Shown piece after piece: positions 42,302-50,867 of a stretch of 64,000 bases of DNA; positions within the stretch are counted from its first letter, which is position 1, and every line of letters starts with the position of its first letter. The DNA comes from Geosiphon pyriformis uo1. Taxonomy: Eukaryota; Fungi; Glomeromycota. Location of the stretch: NCBI GenBank assembly GCA_016748015.1, contig JAAOMT010000671.1, forward strand, positions 1 through 64,000. The letters run 5' to 3'. The notes below the pieces were generated by a model. That model did no database searches. It saw only the letters and a list, made by a program, of their open reading frames with translations, and was not told the DNA's origin. The translations under genes were made by a program, and so were the position numbers.

Positions 42302-43054
42302 TTGGTTACCTGTTGTAATAATACTGACCCAAATGATCAACAAAAATCAGATATAAATAAATGCACTATTCTCAAAACAGAGATATCTTCAATTAATATG
42401 AACAATTATTTTCTAGATCAAAACATTCAAAACACTTTCTACACTTTCCATAAGTACTGGATCAAAAATTATCCAAATGCTACTCTGATCATTGGAAAAC
42501 AAACCACCATAACTGATAACAGTGGAACACATACTGTTATTAGACCAAAAAAAACCACTACCAGAAGAGAAAAAATTGGTAGTAAAATAGATAAGTATTT
42601 GCTAGAAAGCATAACAGCAGCAATACTTATACCTTTCATAACAATTGGAAAAACGATTAAGGAAATCTTGCCCATAGACAAAAACTTGTCATATGGAAGG
42701 CAACTAGAACTCTATGGTCATCTTGGTGAAATCATAGAAGAAATGAAGTTCATGAAGAAAACAACTTCAGAGATACAAGTGGAAATTTTGGACATTATAC
42801 ATTTAAATGTCCTAAGAGTTTTGACCATTGCAAGAAGACCCAAAACTCTTATACAAAGATTTGGTCTCTTGGATACAAAGCTTATTTCGCCTCAAGTACT
42901 ATATACTCTATCCACAAAAAACTTCAACAAACTAGTTAGTTTTGAATTAGACAAAACCCTTCAATTAAAATACCCTATAAATAGCTTGATTTTACCAGAG
43001 CTTAATCTCTTTGGAGAGAATAATGTTATGGTTGAAACCCATAATTTTTATTAG
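42302..43054 (+). CDS. Gypsy-2 extra 3' ORF (ORF3), unknown function, runs into the 3' LTR
   Basis: 250 open codons directly after the integrase; likely start ATG at 42398 (MNNYFLDQ...). Confidence 0.6.
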   Translation: MVTCCNNTDPNDQQKSDINKCTILKTEISSINMNNYFLDQNIQNTFYTFHKYWIKNYPNATLIIGKQTTITDNSGTHTVIRPKKTTTRREKIGSKIDKYLLESITAAILIPFITIGKTIKEILPIDKNLSYGRQLELYGHLGEIIEEMKFMKKTTSEIQVEILDIIHLNVLRVLTIARRPKTLIQRFGLLDTKLISPQVLYTLSTKNFNKLVSFELDKTLQLKYPINSLILPELNLFGENNVMVETHNFY

Positions 43055-44489
43055 TTATCACATGTATTAGTCACTGATGTCATATAATTAGCCACTCTAT
43101 TTTTAGATAGTGATCATTGATCTGATCAATGATCTGACCATTGACCTGATCATTGACTTGATCATTGACCTAGTCATTGACCTAGTCATTGACCATTTTC
43201 ATTAGCTATATAAGCAATGAGTCTCTTAGCTGTAGAAAATCATCTCTTAGACAAGAATCAAATAAATAAAAATAACAACTTTCATCTCAATCACTCTCTT
43301 ATCGCTAATTTCCCTTTCCCTACCTTCAAGTATTTGAACATTTTAGGATAAAAGATTACTTGTTGGCCTTTTCCTAATGTATATAATTGTAGCATTTGAA
43401 GATTATTTGAATAAATGTGACTGAAAAGCACAAGTTGATATCTGATATTGAATTCTAAGAGTGCCGATATGAGGCATAGAATTATACTAATGGTGATCAA
43501 TTGTTGACAGTACGGACTATCTCTCTACCTTCAGATTCCCTTATTACCTTTTGAAAAGAATAGCGACTGAGATATTTTATGAGACTGATCTCACATATTG
43601 AATCCATATTCATTCAATTCACTCATTGAAGTTGAATTTCTTTTGATTATTTCCATTACCCTACAATCTTGTTCTCTCTTGCTATTTGTTAGCTTGTTAT
43701 TCCAACTCGTAATAATATTTTAAATGCCTTGATCTATATATAGCATTAACTGTTATAGCACACTTAAAAAGTTTTTTCCTTTCATTTTAATATTTATCTT
43801 TATTATAAGTAAAAGTTTCAATAAATCTTACAATAACTGGATTTTATTTTGCAAGCCATGTTAAAAGACAATACTCTAAAAGACTATTTAGACTAAAATA
43901 TTCATGATTTTTTTTCAAACTTATTATATTATTATACAAATTATCTCATTCCCTTTTGTTAATTTCTTTTATGAATTTAATATGATCTTGTTGATTATTA
44001 AATGCTTCATCTAATTGCTTCTTTAATATTGTATTCTCAGATAATAATTGCTGATTAATATTTTCTAACTCCTGTATCTGTTTTATATAAACTTTATATA
44101 TTGGATCTGGCAAAAATACTTGAATTCTAAAATCAGAAAAAGTTTTTTCTAATTCTAATAACTTGTTATCATTAGAAAGTCTTGGTTTTTTTTTTTCTGT
44201 TTTTTTTTAAATCTAAAAAAGTTGAATTATTTGATTTAGTAATTCATTTAATAAAAGACTTTTTAACAACAATCTGATTATAATATCTTTTACATAAAAA
44301 GTAATTATTTAGAGAGTTAAATAATATAGTTAATTTAGAAAAATACTTAATTATTTTCATTATTCTAACACTAGCTGATATATGTTACTATTTTTGACTT
44401 TCTTTGGTCTTACCTTTTACTAATTGACTTTTGTTATATTTATTGATAAGAGATTCAAACAAACAGAGTAAGTTTTTGGCATTCATTAT

Positions 44490-44708
44490 AAAACAAGATG
44501 TAATTTTAAATCTAATTTAATAAAAAACTACTATGTAAAGTTGTGTGGATTATTCCAGAATTGATCTACGAAATTTAAAATCTCCCTGACTGAAATTATA
44601 CGAAGGAAAATGTTTGACGTCACTCGAGGAAGTCGCTGCACTCACGTGATAGATTAATACATTTTTACGTCATCAACACCGAATAACAAACCGCGTCTTC
44701 TCGTCAAA
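44490..44708. promoter_or_regulatory. Putative divergent promoter between the transposase-like gene (-) and the REase-fold gene (+)
   Basis: 226 bp between opposing ATGs. TGACGTCA at 44615-44622, TCACGTGA at 44642-44649 and TTACGTCA at 44665-44672. CpG retention starts at about 44560. Confidence 0.45.
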
Positions 44709-47682
44709 ATGCACTTGACAGCCGAATGCCTTCAGTCTCTCAAATGTCGCGGTAATAATAAATATTGCACTGGTTTTCTTACAGCATACTGTATTGACGT
44801 TTTCTAACATTGATTTTTGTGCAGCTTTTTGGGAGAGTACGGACACACCTTCACTTAAGAAATTCCTAGAATTTCGGTTCCTTGCTGGTGACTTGAAAGA
44901 CGAAGAAATAGAGCACTCTTACTAAACATGACCTGAACACTATCGGTAGGCACTACTCTGAAGCGTCTGAAGTCGGACAGAATGTACTAAAGTGGAAACA
45001 GCATTTCAAGGGGAGTGTAACTATTAATTTGGCAATATTAGCTACTTTGGAGCTGTCATGCAACCTGAGTACACTGACTACCCTGCTGGTACTGCTGGCA
45101 GTGGGAAAGGCCCGGTGCTTGTCGGTGAGAACCTGCTCAACGGATCCAAAGACCCAAGTGCTTGTCCGTGGTTGGCCTATATTCTAAGATACTCGCAGAG
45201 CGAGTCATCGTAGATTCTGTTGTAAATCAGATAAACTTATTATTCTTTTTCTTTTATAAGGACTCTAAGAACTCGAAGATCATAGAGTCTTTCTGGGAAA
45301 TACACGCAAAGAGAGAGAATGCTCTTATGAAAAGCAAGTTACGTGAAGAGAAGGTCAAGACGCGAATGCTGGTGGCAGAAACGGAGGCTATTGCTAAGGT
45401 TCGGGAACTGCAGGTAAATTAACTGCACATTCAATGCATCAAACAAATGCATTTATTTTTTATCTAATGTTTTATTGACTTTTTCATAGGCCGAGCAACG
45501 TTTAACAGTCAGAAGCGAAATGACTGAGCAAATGAAACTATATGCTGCGTCTGCCACAAAAATCACGAAGCTACTTTTAGATCAGAGCATTGGCACAGAG
45601 GGCACAGAGGTTGAAAATACTCCAGATTTTTTTCTCTTCTTTTTGTCTTCTGCGCGGCGAAGGAGCTTGTAGTTGGAATTGATGGCCATTTTTGAAAGTG
45701 TTCGTTTCTTTCATATCATCCGTAGGTGAAAACTCCCCCAAGTTCCCCAACCATCGCGATGCCCAGGGTCGGGAGGACCAGGTACATAAATACGAACGAG
45801 AACCTACCATCCGCGACGACTATACGAAGGCGAGTGAACGCAGATGGTAGCCATTATAATCTTGAATTTATATTCTCTAATACAGGCATTCGAAGTCAGG
45901 CGAGACTGATATCTGCAGTGAAGAAAGCGACAGTATCTCGGAACCAGATTATGAAAGCTTTACTCGAGCCTACAATGGCATGAAAAACGACAAGAAATGG
46001 GTGTTATCAACTGGGACTATTGTAGAAGATGCCCTTTATAATTTCGGTATAAAGTGCATGCACGAACAGTGGGTTATTTTCGTTCATAGTTTATTATGTT
46101 AGTATATTGGAATTTAATATATTGAAATCTCAAACTTATTGAAAGCCTTAGTCACTCTTTCGTTATCGACCCGGACGATGAAAATTATTTGAACGAGGGT
46201 ATTTTTACCCAACACGAACTCGAGGAAATTCGAGGTTTTCAGAAAAAGGTGCTTCCGCCAGTGCCCCAAGACCTATTACTGTATTTAGACAGTTTCCGCA
46301 CGGTATATATATATTTTTTATATAGTGCCATTATTTTTGTATGACTTTAAGTTTCTAGTTATCCTCTTTTGAATAGAGAACTACAGCCGACCTCAGACGA
46401 TTGGTTTTTCGGCAAGAAGCAATGGATCAAAACTTTGACCGACACGAAGACTTTGACCGCGACTGGATTCGGAATACAGTATACAATTTGTATGTAATAT
46501 TACTTTACAGCTATAATTTGTAACTGGAATTCTAACTTGTACCTAAATTTACAGATTAAGGGAATATGAAGCCGACAGCCTTACCAAGGAACACCTGGAG
46601 CTATGGCTATTGATACATGTCTGGAGCTTCATTGATAAGGCATTCGAAAATATTTCAGGAATAGAAGCCGTTAGGTAAAGAGATTATTTTTAAAAAAAAT
46701 TGCGCGATTAATTCCTCTCTAATTAAATTATACACATATCGCAGAGGAGAGTCGTGTTGTCTGGCGTCGTCTGCAAGAAAGAATGAAAAACGGACTGTGG
46801 CTGCATTAATCACCCTGAAAAGAAAGATGTTAGGTCGAAGAGGCGATCTAATTATTCGCAAAATATCTACGGAATACGGCTGTGCTGAGGCGGGAAAGCT
46901 CTTTCAAGGAGAGAAAGGCACAAAATTGCTGTGTGAGAAAGGATTAAAAACTCCAAAAATGTTGAAGGATATATTCAACAGTCTTTGCGCAGCCGTCGAC
47001 AGAGATGAACAGAAAGTTCGTAAATTGGAATCAATCGGATTCTTGCATGCAGGTGTGTTCTCTATGACGTTTTCCATTTAATCACAATCTGGGCTTTGTT
47101 TCTCAACATATTACTGTTTATTTTAGGACTCAAGATGTCGCTATTGAGACTTGATTCTCCTGCCGGATACACATGTCGTATTTCACGCTCAAAGTTACTT
47201 GAAATTCCTTCACAAGTTGCCGAATTCAGTTCGAAAGTGCTTCCTGTCATCTTGCTAGCTTGGAGAGCAAAGGTAGGCCGTAACATATTTAATATGACAG
47301 TAATCGTTAGCAACCTTCCTAACTGTATCGAAAATACTTGCAGACTATTGTCGCCGAAATGATCCGGTTGGTTGAGGAAGAAAACGAGCTTGACGAGAAG
47401 GATCGGTTGCAGCATTTGCTAGACTCATGTGAAACTTCATCGGCGTCGTCAAAGCGGGTGAAAGTGGATTTGCCATCAGCTCTAAATACACTTCAGAAGA
47501 GACGAAAGAAAATTTTATTAACAGGTATGCTTTTTCTTTTGGTTTTAAATTGTGGAACCAAATTAATTTGTGTTTCGGTTGCTAAATTAGGTCAATTGGG
47601 GCGACCTGTTCCGTTAAAACTGAAGGCAAGGGAAGTTAGTGGGTCGAATGAAGACGAGTCGGATGGCGATGACAGTGTCTGA
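44709..47682 (+). pseudogene. Multi-intron fungal gene with a C-terminal PD-(D/E)XK/REase-fold domain (Mucoromycota expanded family, Crinkler-effector-like); the 5' exons are disrupted
   Basis: About 10 GT-AG introns join KKWVLSTGTIVEDALYNF / HSFVIDPDD / EHLELWLLIHVWSFID / RGESCCLASSARKN...GRRGDLIIR...EYGCAEAGK...KTPKMLKD / GLKMSLLRLDSPAGYTCR. There is a frameshift or stop at about 44923 and a broken frame at about 45630-45725. The fold call comes from the E..D..ExxK-like pattern. Confidence 0.7.
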
Positions 47683-48333
47683 ATTTCATTCTGCTCTTGA
47701 ATCAAGTAATACATTATAATGATGTACGGATATAGGGTCATCCCTATATAAAAATATAAATATTCACTTATGGAACCGAAGCATTTTGAAAAAAAAGAAC
47801 GGGGTGAAAAATAGCGCCATATGTTTTCATTCCTTTAGGAATATTTCTGTGTGTTAATGGTGAACGGCAAAAGATTTTGAGTGGTGTGGTGAAGACAACA
47901 ATGCTAGATACCCCTTTTCGATTAGCCAAACCGTGCGTTGGCCCAATGGAGCGCAGAGTGAACGACGACTATTGATTGGGTCAACCAAATTTGATAGGAT
48001 AGCAGCAGGTCTATAGGTAAAATGAATTGACGGTCAACATAAATGGAGCAATGGTGAAGTTGACAATATTGATGGTATCTTTGTAAACATATTGCTTGCT
48101 TTGAAATTCGATTATAATAAAAACACAGAATGCTTTGATGACTATTTCCTTTAATTTTTAGCATTTTTTTCCTGTGCGGTCAGGTCACTTTCTTTACTCT
48201 AGCTTCAGTCAGTTCATTTTGTGAAGGAAGGGACGGTTTTTTCGAATTCTTGAACTCATCCGAAACTCGTGAACTACACAGGATTATCCCTGTATAAAAT
48301 ATCAACATGAAACTAATTTACATCAAATCCACT

Positions 48334-49303
48334 ATGGAACCAAGAAATTATAGCACTATCAGAAGCATTTTGAAACAAGAGCAAGGCGAGAAAATTGCCC
48401 CATATGTTTTCAAAGTATCCGACACCAAAGCCATTCAGGAATATTTGGATAAAGAGAGAATTACCTATGAAATTTACCTACAATTATACGTCAATTCTAA
48501 TAGAAGCATAAATATCACTCATCAAGAAGATATTTCTGGACGAAGTCAGCAGGAATTAAATTCTAAGAAGCGAGAATTACATGAAACTTCCGAAGAATCG
48601 AGGAAAAAACGAAAATATAATTAGTAAAGGTACGCATATATAGGGATAGTCTTATGTATTTTTTAATATGCTGTGTGGAAGAAATTTAACAAATTCAGAC
48701 AAACTGTGCATAAAAAATATATATATATATATGATGAATGACAAAAATTTAACTGAATACGAGAAAGCTCTCCATTTTTTGGAACTAGGCTGTGGTTGCG
48801 GTTGCTCGTCCAAGGTTCCCAAGGAAGAGTTTGCTGAATTGCGGGAAGCTTTTCAAGCACTTTCCAAGCCCGAACAAGACATCTTTTTAATGGCCCAGCT
48901 CAAGACCATGGATGGTGGATCCATAAACGTTAGTCGCCGTCTTAAGAAGAAAGCTCGCATTAATAAAAGGACTTTATACTGCTGAGGCCACAATACATCT
49001 CTTTGCCAGAAGACTTATTTGAATATGCTAGGAATTGGTCGTGCCCACTTCGAGAATGTACGAGATCTAGGTACTGTGAAAGCCCAAGAAGCTGCGAACG
49101 GTCCTTTCCAGGAATTCAAGTTATTGAAGACTAGCAAATCCCCAACTCCTCAAGCTATAAAATCTTTGTCATTTCCAGTGCTTAAGCCTCTTCCTATGGA
49201 ATTGAAACGCCAAGAGTACCTCTACCACAATATTCGCCCCTTTGTCCTGGATGAATTCAAAGATATTACTTGCCCAAGACCAACCTATAATGACAATGAA
49301 TAA
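48334..49303 (+). pseudogene. Internally deleted Sola-like transposase gene
   Basis: N-terminal CGCGCSSKVPKEEFAELREAFQALSKPEQDIFLMAQL...LCQKTYLNMLGIGRAHFENVR is joined directly to the C-terminal GTVKAQE...YLYHNIRPFVLDEFKDITCPRP. The catalytic core is absent. Probable intron at about 48630-48733. Confidence 0.65.
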
Positions 49304-49407
49304 AACATTTAAAAAGAAATTAATTGTCCTCGTTAATATTGCTAAAATAATATATATCTTCATAAAAAGGGTATAAGTATATTAAAAGAATAAAAATAGA
49401 AAAAATC

Positions 49408-50222
49408 ATGTTAAACATTTTAGAAGCACAACAACACGCAAACAAAGATTTACTAAATGAGATCGAAACACTGAAAAAGCAATTAGTCAATAAAGAAGTA
49501 AATCTTAAATGGGAAATTTGAAAGGTTGGTCGAGAAGAGTGAGGATATGGAGCAGAAGGATACAAATATTCTACTTTTAAAAATTTGGATGATAAATGAT
49601 TAGAGGAAGGTAAAGTCAGAATGGCAATCAACCCTAACGAAACCAGAGAATGAGCCAAAGGTTGTAAAAGAGTTTATTTCGATAGCATTACTGTTGAAGA
49701 GATGTTAGAAAGTTATTCTGATTTATCCAAAGAATTACACACAACACGGGCTGAATACATTTCAAGATGAAGTGAACGAGGTTATCAACTTACTAGACAA
49801 AAGAAAGAGTATGAAGAGAAAATAGCTAAGTTAGAAGAGTTTAATAAAAGTTTAGACAGAGACCGCCGAGATGCTTGGAAAGCCGAAGATACTCATGTTG
49901 AACTTGCCAATGATATTGTTAAAATGGCGAAAGAACAAAATGAAGCACAAATAAAAGGTTTGAAAACCAAGAAAATGAAATTCAGCAATTAAAGGAGGAA
50001 AAAGATGATGCTTTAAGATTATTAGCAAAAGCAAAGCAGATAATTCAAGAACAAGAAGCATTGCTTAATTTACATGAAAAACCTTTACCATCTTTACCTA
50101 AAAAGCAGAACAAGTTTAAATTACTAGGAACAAAAATAAAAAACAAGTTTTCACAATTAGCAGAAAAGGTTAAATCTCAAACTCGAGAAATGGTTGCCAG
50201 AATAGAAGTTAGAACTAAGTAG
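49408..50222 (+). pseudogene. MRE (Mollicutes-related endobacterium)-like coiled-coil gene, genetic code 4, one frameshift near 49960
   Basis: From ATG 49408 there are 194 codons with 5 in-frame TGA and no TAA/TAG until 49990. The alternative frame from about 49960 continues ENQENEIQQLKEEK...EMVARIEVRTK to TAG at 50220-50222. No introns. Confidence 0.8.
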
Positions 50223-50231
50223 TTAGACAAT

Positions 50232-50867
50232 ATGAGAGAATTGCTTTATACGATTCTTGACTTAGATGAGTGAAGCAAAGATACGACTTGTGACTTTTGC
50301 CCCAACTTCAACAAAAGGAACAAAGCAGTTTGCCAAATTAGAACTCGTAATAAGGCAAGTCATAAAATAGTCGATAGTGCTTGTGCTTGTGGAGAATGTA
50401 AGGAGAAATTTGAGAATGATGAGATACTTAAATGTGAAAAATGTGGAGAATTAAAAACTAGAATGAGTTTTCATGATAACTGCCTTGAAAATGATGAAAA
50501 AGAATTGCCAATTTTACCTCATGAGGAAAGAGCTTCCACTAGATATGAACGACAAATAAACTCCTTGCAAGAGCAATTGAACGGAGCCGAATGAACCATC
50601 CAAGAAGAGCGAGAAGCCCACGAGGATTTTATGGAAAAATCTGAAGGGTGAAGCAAAAGACAGAAAGAGGAATTACTAGACAAAATTAAGTGACAAGAAT
50701 CAGAGATTGAACGTTTAAAAAAACTAACTCCTCAAGAACTGGTTAATGAAATAGAATCTTATAAGGAAGAAGTTACTCAATTAAAAACTCAGTTAGAAAA
50801 ATTGAATTCTCAACAGAATACTCAAATTGAGGTTAGAAAGTGACCCTGATTGAAAGTCAGGAAGTAA
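50232..50867 (+). CDS. MRE-like gene, genetic code 4, 211 aa: three CxxC pairs, coiled coil, QIEV tail
   Basis: MRELLYTILDLDEWSKDTTCDFCPNF...CACGEC...CEKC...QQNTQIEVRKWPWLKVRK*. Six in-frame TGA, no TGG and no TAA/TAG before the end. Starts 9 nt after the previous stop, an operon-like spacing. Confidence 0.85.

Larger units (their letters stand above)
35667..43714 (+). mobile_element. Ty3/Gypsy LTR retrotransposon 2 (gag-PR-RT-RH-IN-ORF3)
   Basis: LTRs at 35667-36700 (contains an N gap) and 43024-43714. Perfect ATAT TSD (35663-35666, 43715-43718). PBS-like TGATGCTCCCTGTGAGG at about 36707 and PPT GGAGAGAATAA before the 3' LTR. Confidence 0.96.
33150..44482 (-). pseudogene. Degraded transposase-like gene of the large TIR element, split by Gypsy-2
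   Basis: Minus-strand frame from ATG at 44482 (MPKTYSVCLN...). Core fragments at 35183-35611 and 34350-34622. Motif ITCDEVPYHHAQ...LILVLSVFY*EINMLKAFVELN (about 34730-34850), inferred ancestral CDGVPY...PGxLHEEMNML. A Cys-rich PHD-like stretch lies at about 33540-33710. The 3' end is approximate. Confidence 0.6.

Noticed and set aside
15591-43714. In-frame TGA in TE ORFs as evidence of code 4
   Set aside because: They co-occur with TAG and TAA at Trp and Gln positions and with CpG loss, so they are mutational decay, unlike 49408-50867.
45100-45160. GGTGC...TGAGA...ACCTG as a TPP riboswitch or ribozyme in an intron
   Set aside because: It lacks CTGAGA, the GATC/TAATACC/GCG.AGG elements and convincing helices; no hammerhead or twister core is seen.
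49320-50061. Minus-strand ORFs 49320-49658 and 49852-50061
   Set aside because: Antisense shadows of the plus-strand code-4 gene.
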